Of a stretch of 64,000 nt of DNA, positions 53,601 to 62,488 are shown piece after piece (position 1 is the stretch's first letter; the number at the start of each line of letters is the position of its first letter). The position numbers and the translations under genes were made by a program. Below the pieces are notes generated by a model that worked only from the letters and a program-made list of their open reading frames with translations, did no database searches and had not been told where the DNA came from. Origin of the DNA: an uncultured Planctomycetia bacterium (GTDB lineage Bacteria > Omnitrophota > Gorgyraeia > VGKH01 > JBHPFN01); the NCBI GenBank assembly GCA_964406665.1, contig CAYOSQ010000001.1, positions 71,412-135,411 on the forward strand, written 5' to 3'.

Positions 53601-54732
53601 GGGTAACACAAACAATACCGCAGGTATATTAATCGGAGATTTTGATAACGATGGTTGGCTTGATGTATTTACCGGCGGAGCATTCTATCGAAATAATGCT
53701 GACGGTAGCTTTACTGATATCATTGAGCACTCAGGTATCATAGGGGGATCCGGCTATAAATATGTATCAATAGCCCTTGATTTCGATAACGATAATGACT
53801 TAGATATTCTCTGGTCAAGCCGTGACGAAGATGTTCTCTATCGCAATGACGGCAACTTTACGTTTTTTGATATTTCTATAGAAGCAGGTATATTAGAGCG
53901 TGAACAATTAATTATTAGCGATATAGCAATAGGTGACTATAACAATGATGGTTGGCTTGATGTATATATTGTTTCACGCGGAGGATATTCATGGTATAAC
54001 CCAACCCCAAACATGCTTTATCGTAATAATGGCGATAGTACATTTTCGGAGGTAGGGGCATATGCCGGAGTAAATGATAGTTTAGCATTAGGAGGCGACG
54101 CAATTTTTGCCGACTATAATAACGACGGATACTTAGATATTTTTGTAGCAAATGAAGGTAGGCAAAGCGAAGATTGTTATGGTGGTTGCTCTAGGTCGTT
54201 TCAGGCAGACTCTCTTTTTATAAATAACGGTAATGATACATTTTCTGATATCGTTTCTGGAACTATGGCAACTGCACCAGAAGTTGGAAGCACGCTTAAT
54301 TGGAGGATTAGCTCCGCAGATAGCAATGATGATGGGTTCTTGGATATATACTATGCCCATACTGATTTCGATAGTCCAGATATTAATCAACTACTTATTA
54401 ATGATTATTTTACTGATACACAAAATAATTGGCTTAAGGTTAAGCTTGAAGGAACAACAAGTAACAAAGATGGTATCGGAGCTAAAGTAAAAGTTGTTTG
54501 TGATGGTCAAGAACAATTAAGAGAAGTATCTAATCATCAGGGGCAGAGTTTAGAAGTAGAGTTTGGACTAAAAGGATATTCATCGATAGATTTGTTAGAA
54601 ATAACCTGGCCAAGTGGACAAATGCAAAGCTTGCAAGATATAGCTGCGAATCAGACTATTGCTGTTATTGAAGAGGATAGGCCACCAAGGCCACATCCGG
54701 GCAAGAAGTCCATTTTACCCTTTTTGTTTTAG
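50683..54732 (+). CDS. giant (1349 aa) secreted multidomain protein: M36 (fungalysin)-like zinc metalloprotease, FG-GAP/VCBS-type beta-propeller repeats, and a C-terminal ASPIC/UnbV domain
   Basis: Signal peptide; HEYAHGV (HExxH) with downstream NEGFSDYF Glu ligand; repeated DYDNDNDLDIY / DFDNDGWLDVF / DYNNDGYLDIF motifs; C-terminal NKDGIGAKVKV...LEITWPSGQMQSL. Confidence 0.7.
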   Translation: MKKKKILGIIICLIVIASLCFLGNAVAFQGQDANTKLNQQANKLLTPDVKKINELASDVRANIERLTQKRSDIEISSWNLSTETPHRIISKNIRLGKNIQINKDNIESLTKNFILSQRDLLKADITNLKLIRAHNINNKWYVTYQQYLNNIPVYYGLVEIRMSGKGEISLFGSDYHSEIEISTKPSILDEKVIRIAQKDIEFNESTDSIFSYPGLIVLPVQDGGSIKYQLAYRLVLSTKNPIGSWVFFIDAHNGTILAKYNNIKFYQIDGSVNGEILPQYYDDELVQKNFIHERVEVQDIGYDYTDLDGYFSITGDADEGEQFTLISELKGPYVDVDYEDGDDAIYLEEIEAQGTYDWTWDASLGRQDELNVYYHVNRIHDYVKNNLGFSGMDYQMKAMVSVFEYWDNAFYNPDDESINFGAGGVAYRNFALFSDVIYHEYAHGVTDHIYPEGSLPYFGQSGAMNEGFSDYFACTISNEPYLGEGGLSKFGLPYMRTVDNSARYPDDYINRVHHDSMIFSGSLWDLREMLIDKYGENYGIKKTDTLSHLARFGYPENFEDYLLELLFVDDDNGNIYDGTPNSVEIYTAFSRHGIGPEPTAVGIQYFGSFIDDANGNNNGLLDPGETVELEVTLLNNLIESLGGYAIHNVTARLVSVDPYITVSNKKILVGDLKPQETGVARFKITLEDAPVDWNDYQIDFSLEITGSPVTTNNFSIDATDFWQSNFRIPVAFLDLTHRKSWYYDEELGNNDRFANPGETGEILIAVKNTGLLVATGVVVKVASNSPYVFVLEDEAYIEDIDPGDSGYASVMVQFSDTVPVGIEVDFKAEISADEGFLMYFPIEIFVPRIIFDDHASSSGVVGDSTYYLQQAVFGDYDNDNDLDIYMAMHEDWTVPALDLLYRNNADGTYTELGEEAGVNSLLSSTRATFFDYNNDNWLDLFILHDEDNTLFRNNADGTFTDVTMEADIDTNGQGNTNNTAGILIGDFDNDGWLDVFTGGAFYRNNADGSFTDIIEHSGIIGGSGYKYVSIALDFDNDNDLDILWSSRDEDVLYRNDGNFTFFDISIEAGILEREQLIISDIAIGDYNNDGWLDVYIVSRGGYSWYNPTPNMLYRNNGDSTFSEVGAYAGVNDSLALGGDAIFADYNNDGYLDIFVANEGRQSEDCYGGCSRSFQADSLFINNGNDTFSDIVSGTMATAPEVGSTLNWRISSADSNDDGFLDIYYAHTDFDSPDINQLLINDYFTDTQNNWLKVKLEGTTSNKDGIGAKVKVVCDGQEQLREVSNHQGQSLEVEFGLKGYSSIDLLEITWPSGQMQSLQDIAANQTIAVIEEDRPPRPHPGKKSILPFLF

Positions 54733-54775
54733 CTTGTCGATCTGAAGACCGCGAGTTTAAATCTTATAGTGCCTG
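54731..54775 (+). pseudogene. tRNA-Asp 3'-half fragment (anticodon-loop to T-arm, acceptor degenerate) abutting the stop codon of the giant gene
   Basis: ttgtcgatctgaagaccgcgagtttaaatcttatagtgcc versus the intact attgtcgatctgaagatcgcgagttcaaatctcgtcgggccc at 55153..55194. Confidence 0.4.
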
Positions 54776-54937
54776 TCACCTCCACATTTTTTGAAATCTG
54801 ACTATGCCGCTTATTTCCACCGCTATTGTTTTACCAACAAGCGCTTCCGCAGAATAACTTAACTCGTTATCATTGTCTCCGAATAATTTTCTATTGACAG
54901 TTAAGGATTATATCATTATCATAGTATAAATATTAAA

Positions 54938-55011
54938 GGGCGATTAGCTCAGTTGGTTAGAGCATCTGACTTACATTCAGAGGGTCGAGGGTTCGAGTCC
55001 TTCATCGCCCA
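54938..55011 (+). tRNA. tRNA-Val (anticodon TAC)
   Basis: gggcgattagctcagttggttagagcatctgactTACattcagagggtcgagggttcgagtccttcatcgccca. Confidence 0.85.
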
Positions 55012-55120
55012 TTAAGATTTTGCGAAGCAAAACTAGTCCTGAGCTTTTGTTGGATTAATTGTTTGAAGCGAGGGACCAGGATAAAAAATCTGTTCTTTGT
55101 AACATAGGGTAATTTTCTAA

Positions 55121-55195
55121 GGGCCCGTGGTGTAGCTTGGTTAACATGTCAGATTGTCGATCTGAAGATCGCGAGTTCAAATCTCGTCGGGCCCG
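55121..55195 (+). tRNA. tRNA-Asp (anticodon GTC)
   Basis: gggcccgtggtgtagcttggttaacatgtcagattGTCgatctga...gagttcaaatctcgtcgggcccg. Confidence 0.85.
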
Positions 55196-55260
55196 TTAAG
55201 TTTGCCGAAGGAAAATAACACCGAGCTTATTAAAAATAAGCGAGGAGACATTAAACCAAA

Positions 55261-55295
55261 CCCCCGTATTGACTTACGGGGGTTTTTTATTTTTT
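55261..55295 (+). terminator. rho-independent terminator after the tRNA-Val/Asp pair
   Basis: cccccgta-ttgactta-cggggg hairpin followed by TTTTTTATTTTTT. Confidence 0.55.
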
Positions 55296-55408
55296 CTCTT
55301 TCGATGTGAAACTTTTTTTATAATTTTGTTGTCTAAGGCAATGAAAGGAGGTGGGTAGAAAACTTGAAGGGTTACAAAAAGACTTATAAAAAGAGGAGGA
55401 TAAGAATT

Positions 55409-55798
55409 ATGAAAAAAATAATTACAGTTTTTATGATTGGTTTAATATCTTTGGCTGGTGTGGTAATCTTTTTGACCCCTGGCTATGCGAGCGATTGGGA
55501 TACAGCAGGAAAGATATTTGCAGGTATTGAAGGAATGAGAGTGCTCTCAGGTGGCAACATAGATATTATTGGCAGCATGACAGGGATAAACAGACATAAA
55601 GGACATTCACATACAAGTTATGCTAAATGCCATCCGCACTGTTCGCATAGGGTGTGGGTTCCTAAAATGGTTTGGAAGAAAAAATACGTTCCGCAACATA
55701 AAGAATACAGCGAAAAATATGGTGAAATCATAGTAGAAAGCCATTACATCAAATATCAGGTTGAACGGGGAGGAAAATGGATTTACGCATGTAAATGA
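55409..55798 (+). CDS. hypothetical secreted His/Cys-rich small protein (start trimmed to MKKIITVF after AAGAGGAGGA)
   Basis: Signal peptide/TM; HKGHSHTSYAKCHPHCSH cluster; no family recognised. Confidence 0.35.
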   Translation: MKKIITVFMIGLISLAGVVIFLTPGYASDWDTAGKIFAGIEGMRVLSGGNIDIIGSMTGINRHKGHSHTSYAKCHPHCSHRVWVPKMVWKKKYVPQHKEYSEKYGEIIVESHYIKYQVERGGKWIYACK

Positions 55799-55966
55799 GC
55801 CAAAGCTTCTTAAATATTACAAAAAAAGTGAAAAAAGAGGAGACGGTATCTCCTCTTTTTTATCATCTTAATGTGAAAAACCCCTGAAAATCAACAAATA
55901 TCGTTTATTTTCTTTTATTGAGATTATAGCTTTTCTTATGTTATAATAGCCGCAAAAGGAGTTGGC

Positions 55967-56287
55967 ATGGTTAGCTTTGAAGAATTCAAAAAGCTTGAGT
56001 TGGTTACGGCAAAAATCAAAAGTGTCGAAGACCATCCTAAAGCAGATAAGCTTTTTGTATTGAAAATTGATATTGGCACAGAGGAAAAAACTTTGGTTGC
56101 AGGTATTAAGCAAAACTATTGTCCCGACGAGCTAATTGGTAAATCTATAGTAGTTGTAAGTAATTTAGAACCTGCTGAAATTAGAGGCGTGGTATCAGAA
56201 GGAATGTTGTTGGCTGCTCAAGATGAAAACGGCATATCTGTTTTGTCTCCTGATAGAGAAATTAAAATAGGTAGTAAGGTAAGATAA
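55967..56287 (+). CDS. tRNA-binding protein (CsaA/EMAP-like OB fold)
   Basis: FKKLELVTAKIKSVEDHPKADKLFVLKIDIG...LVAGI resembles MetRS C-terminal-like tRNA-binding domains. Confidence 0.65.
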   Translation: MVSFEEFKKLELVTAKIKSVEDHPKADKLFVLKIDIGTEEKTLVAGIKQNYCPDELIGKSIVVVSNLEPAEIRGVVSEGMLLAAQDENGISVLSPDREIKIGSKVR

Positions 56288-56288
56288 T

Positions 56289-57590
56289 ATGGAGATTAAA
56301 TTATATTTAATAGTTCTGTTTTTCGGAACACTGTTAGGTTTAAATCTTGCCCGTTTATTAATTGTGAAAATTTCAAGGACAGAAGTAGTTGAAGATGAGA
56401 AAAAGGCTCGAAGCAGAGAATCTATGATACGAAAGGTTCTAAGTAGAGTTCCGGAAGTAGGTGCAGATAAACAAAAAGTTAAAACTGATTCATCTGTTTT
56501 GGAGAAGAAAATTCTCTATGAAGATGAGCTTAACCGGATTCTTCAGATTGAGCAGGAGATTTCCGCTAATGCTCAATTAGCAGATGTTTCTCGTGTCATA
56601 GTCGAGAATGCCATGAAGACATTTGGTGTTGATAGATGTGTTTTACTGTTGCTTGATCCGGAAACCAAAATACTTAAAATACAATATTCTATTGGTTTAA
56701 TCGATGAAGATATTAATAGTACGAGTCTTAAGTTAGGAGAAGGATTATCTGGTTATGTTGCCGAGAGAAATCAGATGATGGCTATAGAAGATGTTAAAAA
56801 AGAATTCTGGTCTAAGGGAGAAAAAGAGTATTATTACACCGGCCCCCTAGTCAGCATTCCCCTAACGACACAAAACATGGTTTTCGGAGTATTGAATATC
56901 GATCGTAAGAAAACAGGAGAGGTTTTTAACGACGACGATATCCGTTTTATCAAGAGTTTAGCTGTGCAGAGTGCGATTGCCATACAAAATGCCAGATTGT
57001 ACGAAGAGGTTCAAGAGGGCTATCTCAGGACAATAATGGCTTTGGCAGAAGCCTTGGATGCAAAAGACCCGTATACTCATAAACACTCAGAGAACGTTAC
57101 CAGGTTTGCCGTGGCAATTGCAGAGGAGCAGGGATTATCTTTATCAGAGATTGAAAAAATTAGAAGAAGTGGTCTTATGCACGATATTGGAAAAATCGGT
57201 ATTAAAGACGATATCCTTACAAAGCCTGGTAAATTGACCGATGAAGAATTTGAGCAGATAAAAACTCATCCTGAGAAAGGTGAAAGCATCCTGCGGTCTT
57301 TGCCTTTTCTGGAGGAAATCTCAAAAATAGTACGCCATCATCACGAACGTTATAATGGTGCAGGATATCCGGATAAGTTAAAAGGTTATCAAATAGAATC
57401 AGGTGCTAAGATATTGGCGGTTGCGGATGCGTTTGATGCCATGGTATCTGATAGACCATATCGAAAAGCATTGAGTTTAGAAATAGCACGCGGAGAATTA
57501 GAGCGCAACAGCGGAACACAGTTTGATCCGGCGGCAGTTGAGGCATTTCTTAAGGTCCTTCAGAAAAATCCAAACATTATTAAAAGTTAG
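56289..57590 (+). CDS. membrane-anchored GAF + HD-GYP domain c-di-GMP phosphodiesterase
   Basis: N-terminal TM; GAF-like middle; HDIGKIGI and HHERYNGAGYP motifs. Confidence 0.75.
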   Translation: MEIKLYLIVLFFGTLLGLNLARLLIVKISRTEVVEDEKKARSRESMIRKVLSRVPEVGADKQKVKTDSSVLEKKILYEDELNRILQIEQEISANAQLADVSRVIVENAMKTFGVDRCVLLLLDPETKILKIQYSIGLIDEDINSTSLKLGEGLSGYVAERNQMMAIEDVKKEFWSKGEKEYYYTGPLVSIPLTTQNMVFGVLNIDRKKTGEVFNDDDIRFIKSLAVQSAIAIQNARLYEEVQEGYLRTIMALAEALDAKDPYTHKHSENVTRFAVAIAEEQGLSLSEIEKIRRSGLMHDIGKIGIKDDILTKPGKLTDEEFEQIKTHPEKGESILRSLPFLEEISKIVRHHHERYNGAGYPDKLKGYQIESGAKILAVADAFDAMVSDRPYRKALSLEIARGELERNSGTQFDPAAVEAFLKVLQKNPNIIKS

Positions 57591-57605
57591 TCATATCATT
57601 ATCTT

Positions 57606-58028
57606 ATGGCAGAAGTATTAACAGAAAATATTCGTATATCTACAGAAGGCAATACCGACATTGTGGATATTTCAGATTTAGTTCAGAAAAAACTGAGCTC
57701 AGTAAAATTTAAAAATGGTATTGTTAATATTTCTGTTGCAGGTTCTACTGCATCAATTACAACTTGTGAATATGAACCTGGCGTTATATCGGACCTGAAG
57801 CAAATATATGAAAAACTTATTCCTGAAAATAAGCAGTATAATCATAATTTTGCTTGGAAAGACGGCAATGCACATTCTCATTTAAGAGCTGCTCTTACGG
57901 GTCCGAGTGCTTCTATTTCATTTCAGGATGGTGAGCTTTGCCTGGGGACTTGGCAACAGATAGTTCTTCTAGATTTTGATAATCGGCCTCGCCAGAGAAA
58001 TATTATGCTTCAGTTTATCGGTAAATAA
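57606..58028 (+). CDS. second YjbQ/UPF0047 family protein
   Basis: GTWQQIVLLDFDNRPRQRN resembles GTWQGIYFAEFDGPRNRE of the paralog at 38022. Confidence 0.6.
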   Translation: MAEVLTENIRISTEGNTDIVDISDLVQKKLSSVKFKNGIVNISVAGSTASITTCEYEPGVISDLKQIYEKLIPENKQYNHNFAWKDGNAHSHLRAALTGPSASISFQDGELCLGTWQQIVLLDFDNRPRQRNIMLQFIGK

Positions 58029-58030
58029 TT

Positions 58031-58528
58031 ATGGCTTCGGTTGAGCTTAAACAATTTATTCCTTCTCACATATGTATCAAGTGTGATGTTTGCTGTAGAT
58101 TTACAGAAATGGATAGCGATTGGACACCTAAGCTAACTAAAGAAGAGCTATTATGTTTGGTTGAAGAAGGATATCCCCCCAGCATTTTTAAAAAAAATCA
58201 AAGCATCAGAGCCGTTCTATTTAAAGATGTCTATATTTGTTCGTTGCTTGCACATGCTGAGCATAAATGTACAATTTACAAACATAGGCCTTTTGAATGT
58301 AGCTTGTATCCTTTTATTTTGGAAAAAGATAATGGTAAATTGATGTTGAGTGTTGATACACAATGTCCTTTTATAAAAGACAAACTAGAATTTGTTGAAT
58401 TTAAAAAGCATGTTGAATATTTATATAAAACTTTGTCTTCACAAGCCTGCCGTAGCTTAATTGCTGATAATCCGCAATTGATTGATGCTTATAGAGGATC
58501 AGTCATTGCGCTGTGCGAGCTAAGTTAA
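58031..58528 (+). CDS. YkgJ-family cysteine-cluster (CxxCxxCC) protein
   Basis: CIKCDVCCRF motif. Confidence 0.45.
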   Translation: MASVELKQFIPSHICIKCDVCCRFTEMDSDWTPKLTKEELLCLVEEGYPPSIFKKNQSIRAVLFKDVYICSLLAHAEHKCTIYKHRPFECSLYPFILEKDNGKLMLSVDTQCPFIKDKLEFVEFKKHVEYLYKTLSSQACRSLIADNPQLIDAYRGSVIALCELS

Positions 58529-58532
58529 TAAA

Positions 58533-59420
58533 ATGAATACCTTAAAGTTGAAAGATAGAAAAATTTTTGACCGCTTTATTAATTTAAAAGGGAGTTCTCT
58601 TTCCTGTTTCTCATTTGCCAATGTTTTTATATGGAGCGATGTCTTTGACATTTCTTGGGAATTTATCGACGAAAATCTTTGTATTTTTATGAAAGATTCC
58701 ATAGGTTGCTTTATGTATTTGCCTCCTTTGGGTAGTTCGCACAGTGAGAATGTTCTGGAGAAATGTTTTTGCACTATGGAGGAAATTAATAACGGAAGCG
58801 GTATTTCTAGGATTGAGAATATAGACAAAGAAGATGTAAGTTTTTTTCGAGATACGGGCTTAACATGTAGAAGAAAAGATGGAGAATATGTTTATTTAAC
58901 AGAAGAACTTTGCAATTTAAAAGGTGATTCTTATAAGAAAAAAAGGTCAGCTAGAAATTATTTCTTGAAAAATTACAACTTTAGAATTGTGCCTTTTTCT
59001 TCTAAATACACAAATGATTGCACAGCTCTTTATGAGCGTTGGGCGAAAAGTAGAAGTGCTGCTAATGATGATTCTATTTTTCAACAGATGCTCAAAGATT
59101 CTTATACTGCTTTGAGTAGGGCGCTTGAGCATTATGGTAGTTTAGATTTGCAGGGTAAGATTGTGCTTGTAGATGGTATGGTCGCAGGTTTTAGTATTGG
59201 CTATGCAGTAAGCAAAGACACATTCTGCATTATTTTTGAGATTACAGATTTAAAGATTAAGGGTTTATCTCAATTTTTATTCTGGGATTTTTCTAAAGAC
59301 AAAAAAGAATTTCGCTATATTAACGCAATGGATGATTCAGGATTAGATAGTCTTCGTAAAGTAAAATTATCTTACAGGCCACATAAAATTGAGCCTGTAT
59401 TTATTGCTAGCAAGAATTAG
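58533..59420 (+). CDS. hypothetical protein, possibly DUF2156-like acyltransferase fold
   Basis: Weak resemblance only (FANVFIW); no firm motif. Confidence 0.3.
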   Translation: MNTLKLKDRKIFDRFINLKGSSLSCFSFANVFIWSDVFDISWEFIDENLCIFMKDSIGCFMYLPPLGSSHSENVLEKCFCTMEEINNGSGISRIENIDKEDVSFFRDTGLTCRRKDGEYVYLTEELCNLKGDSYKKKRSARNYFLKNYNFRIVPFSSKYTNDCTALYERWAKSRSAANDDSIFQQMLKDSYTALSRALEHYGSLDLQGKIVLVDGMVAGFSIGYAVSKDTFCIIFEITDLKIKGLSQFLFWDFSKDKKEFRYINAMDDSGLDSLRKVKLSYRPHKIEPVFIASKN

Positions 59421-59421
59421 A

Positions 59422-60243
59422 ATGAAAGATAAAATTGAAGATATAAAATTTGTTATAGTTGACGTTGAGACAACAGGACTATCTCCATTTTCTGGTGATA
59501 GAATTTGTGAAATAGCAGCGGTAGAAGTAAAAAATAAAGAGATACTTGATGTTTTTCATTCTTTGGTTAATCCCCAGCGACAAATATCTGCGGCAGCATC
59601 AGCGGTGAATCATATTACTAATTCTATGGTTAAAGATGCTCCTTCAAGCCGGACAATTATGTCAAAGTTTTTAGGATTTATAAAGGGAAGTTGTCTTGTG
59701 GGTCATAATGTAAATTTTGACATGGGCTTTATTAGAAATGAGCTTTCTCTAATCGGCAAGAGCATTTCTCAGAATACCGGGATAATTGATACTTTGAGCA
59801 TGGCTAGAAGTCTTCTTCCTAAGTTTGAAAGACACGCTTTGTGGTATTTATCTCAGGCTTTAAATTTACGCACTGTGCAGGAGCATAGAGCACTTTCTGA
59901 TGTAAAATTGACAAAACAGGTTTTTGATAAACTTATTGATTTGGCTAGAGGCCAGGGCGTAGATTCATTTTCTAGCTTGCATAATCTTTTTGGAGTAAAT
60001 TCTGATTTAAACGATATGTTAAACGACGACAAAATTTCATCAATAAAAAAAGCTATTAATAGTAAAGCTATGTTAGAGATTCAATATCTTTCTTTTAATG
60101 GTTCTGAAGTTACCAAGCGCAAGGTTTCACCAGAAGAAATTAAAGAACAAAGAAATAATTATTTCTTAGATGGTTTCTGTCATTTGAGAAATGAAAAAAG
60201 GAGTTTTAGGGTTGATCGGATCATTGCAGTTAAAAACATATGA
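59422..60243 (+). CDS. DEDDh 3'-5' exonuclease (DNA polymerase III epsilon-like) with a C-terminal domain (start trimmed to MKDKIEDIKF)
   Basis: VIVDVETTGLSP Exo I, HNVNFDMGF Exo II, and HRALSDV Exo III motifs. Confidence 0.7.
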   Translation: MKDKIEDIKFVIVDVETTGLSPFSGDRICEIAAVEVKNKEILDVFHSLVNPQRQISAAASAVNHITNSMVKDAPSSRTIMSKFLGFIKGSCLVGHNVNFDMGFIRNELSLIGKSISQNTGIIDTLSMARSLLPKFERHALWYLSQALNLRTVQEHRALSDVKLTKQVFDKLIDLARGQGVDSFSSLHNLFGVNSDLNDMLNDDKISSIKKAINSKAMLEIQYLSFNGSEVTKRKVSPEEIKEQRNNYFLDGFCHLRNEKRSFRVDRIIAVKNI

Positions 60244-61654
60244 TTATGTTGGTGACGGCATAGCTGTATTTAATGCTGTTAAGCATCGCGAGGGCAGCTT
60301 TTTCTTAGATAGCAGCATGGATGTTTATGGGCTGGGTCGTTTTTCTTTCATAGGGTTTGATCCTTTTCTTATCTTAAAAAAGAAGGATAAAAAGCCGTTT
60401 CAAGATTTAAGGAACGCTCTGAATAAGTTTAAAGTAAATGGTTTTGATCAGGTTTCTCCTTTGCCTGCAGGGGCAGTAGGATTTTTTGGTTATGATTTAG
60501 GTTTATTAATGGAGAAGGTGCCTCTTAAAGCAACAGACGATTTATTGTTACCGGATAGTTTGATAGGATTTTATGATGTTGTTATTACGATAGATCATTG
60601 GCAGAAAAAATTACATATTTTTTCTTCCGGGTTGCCTGAAAAAAATAGTATTTTAGCTAAAAGACGCGCAGTGTTGCGTCTTAAAGAGACTATTAGAATT
60701 TTATCAGAAATAGAAATGGATGGCGGAAAATATGATAACACCCTTCCTGTGATTATTGCAGAGACAACACCTTGTTATGGGTCATTGGGTATAACAAGTA
60801 ATTTCAGCAAACAACAATATCTTCAGATTGTACAAAAAGCGTTGCGCCATATTGCTGCTGGAGATATCTATCAGGTAAATCTTTCACAGAGGTTTGCTTT
60901 AGAGTTGCCGCGTTCATTTTTAAATTCTAAAGATAGAGAATTTGCCATGTTTAAATTATTGCGCAATATTTCTCCGTCTTCGTTTGGAGCATTTTTCAAT
61001 TGTGAAGATTTTACTATTATTAGTTCTTCTCCAGAAAGATTCCTTCAGGTGCGTGAAAGAAATGTAATAACTAGACCCATGAAGGGTACTCGTGCCCGGG
61101 GAAGCAGCAGCCTGGAAGATAAAATAAACAAAAAACAATTACTCAACAGTAAGAAAGACAGTGCGGAGCTGTTAATGATAGTTGATTTACTTAGAAATGA
61201 TTTAGGCAGAGTTTGTGAATATGGTTCTGTAAAAGTTAAGGAAATGCGAAAACTGGAGACGTACAATACAGTTTTTCAAACTACCTCTACGGTTGAGGGG
61301 TTGTTGCATAAAGACAAAGACAGAGTTGATTTGCTTAAAGCATGTTTCCCCGGTGGGTCTATTACAGGATGTCCTAAGATTCGTTCTATGCAAATAATAG
61401 AGGAGCTAGAACCAACCAGGCGCTCTGTATATACCGGTTCTTTGGGATATTTAAGCTTTTCAGGAAATATGGATTTGAATATTCTAATTAGGACATTACT
61501 TGCAAAAGATGATAAAGTGTATTTTCAGGTTGGTGGTGGGATTGTGGCAGATTCTAAGCCGGATAAGGAATACCAAGAAACATTAATAAAGGCCAAGGCA
61601 TTATTTTCCTGCCTGCAATCTCAGTGTAGCGAAAAAGCAATGATTAAGGCCTAA
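60191..61654 (+). CDS. pabB: aminodeoxychorismate/anthranilate synthase component I family protein; start uncertain, as the drawn ORF overlaps the upstream gene by 53 nt
   Basis: Chorismate-binding C-terminal motifs (PGGSITGCPK, GGGIVADS). Confidence 0.65.
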   Translation: MKKGVLGLIGSLQLKTYDYVGDGIAVFNAVKHREGSFFLDSSMDVYGLGRFSFIGFDPFLILKKKDKKPFQDLRNALNKFKVNGFDQVSPLPAGAVGFFGYDLGLLMEKVPLKATDDLLLPDSLIGFYDVVITIDHWQKKLHIFSSGLPEKNSILAKRRAVLRLKETIRILSEIEMDGGKYDNTLPVIIAETTPCYGSLGITSNFSKQQYLQIVQKALRHIAAGDIYQVNLSQRFALELPRSFLNSKDREFAMFKLLRNISPSSFGAFFNCEDFTIISSSPERFLQVRERNVITRPMKGTRARGSSSLEDKINKKQLLNSKKDSAELLMIVDLLRNDLGRVCEYGSVKVKEMRKLETYNTVFQTTSTVEGLLHKDKDRVDLLKACFPGGSITGCPKIRSMQIIEELEPTRRSVYTGSLGYLSFSGNMDLNILIRTLLAKDDKVYFQVGGGIVADSKPDKEYQETLIKAKALFSCLQSQCSEKAMIKA

Positions 61655-61657
61655 AAT

Positions 61658-62488
61658 ATGGATGAATCAATAATTTATTTTAACGGTAAGATTATTCGAA
61701 GCGATAAGAGAAAAACTGTTTGTTTTAAAGACTCAGGTTTTTTATACAGCCTAGGTTTGTTTGAGACCATGCGTTCGTATAGTGGAAAAATTTTTTGTTT
61801 CAAAGAACACATTAAGCGCATCAAAAGGTCAGCTGTTTTGCTTAAAATTAATATAACCGAGAACGAAAGAGAATTACAAGCTGCAGCTAATAATGTTTTG
61901 CAGAGGAATAAATTGAAGAATGCCTATGTTAGACTTACATGTTGGAAGGGCGACAAAGAAATAAATACCTTAATATTTGTAAAGAGCTTACCAAAGCTTC
62001 CCCAAGGTATTTATAAGAATGGATTTAAGGCATTAATATCTGATTTTCGTGTGAATGAATATTCTGCAATTGCAGGGATTAAATCATTGAATTATTTGAA
62101 TTTTTATTTAGCAAGACGTTTTGCTCAGATAAAAGGATATAATGAAGCGATAATGTTAAATACGAAAGGTTCTGTTGTCGAAGGCTCGTACAGTAATTTA
62201 TTTATTGTTAAAAATAAAATATTGTTTACGCCTTCACTGGATTGTGGCTGTCTTCCTGGTATTGCCAGAGGAGTAGTTTTAGATTTGGCCAAAAAGCTTA
62301 AGATTAAAGTAAAAGAAACAAGAATTGCTTTAAAGGAATTGATTTCGGCGGATGAAGTATTTGTAACAAATTCTCTTATAGAAGTTATGCCGGTTACTTA
62401 TATTAAAGATAAAAAAATCAACAAAGGCATTACAGGAGAAATAACAGGAATATTATCTAAGCAATATAGAGGGTTGGTAGAAAAGTGA
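61658..62488 (+). CDS. pabC: class IV aminotransferase / aminodeoxychorismate lyase-like
   Basis: Fold-type IV PLP enzyme pattern; location after pabB. Confidence 0.6.
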   Translation: MDESIIYFNGKIIRSDKRKTVCFKDSGFLYSLGLFETMRSYSGKIFCFKEHIKRIKRSAVLLKINITENERELQAAANNVLQRNKLKNAYVRLTCWKGDKEINTLIFVKSLPKLPQGIYKNGFKALISDFRVNEYSAIAGIKSLNYLNFYLARRFAQIKGYNEAIMLNTKGSVVEGSYSNLFIVKNKILFTPSLDCGCLPGIARGVVLDLAKKLKIKVKETRIALKELISADEVFVTNSLIEVMPVTYIKDKKINKGITGEITGILSKQYRGLVEK

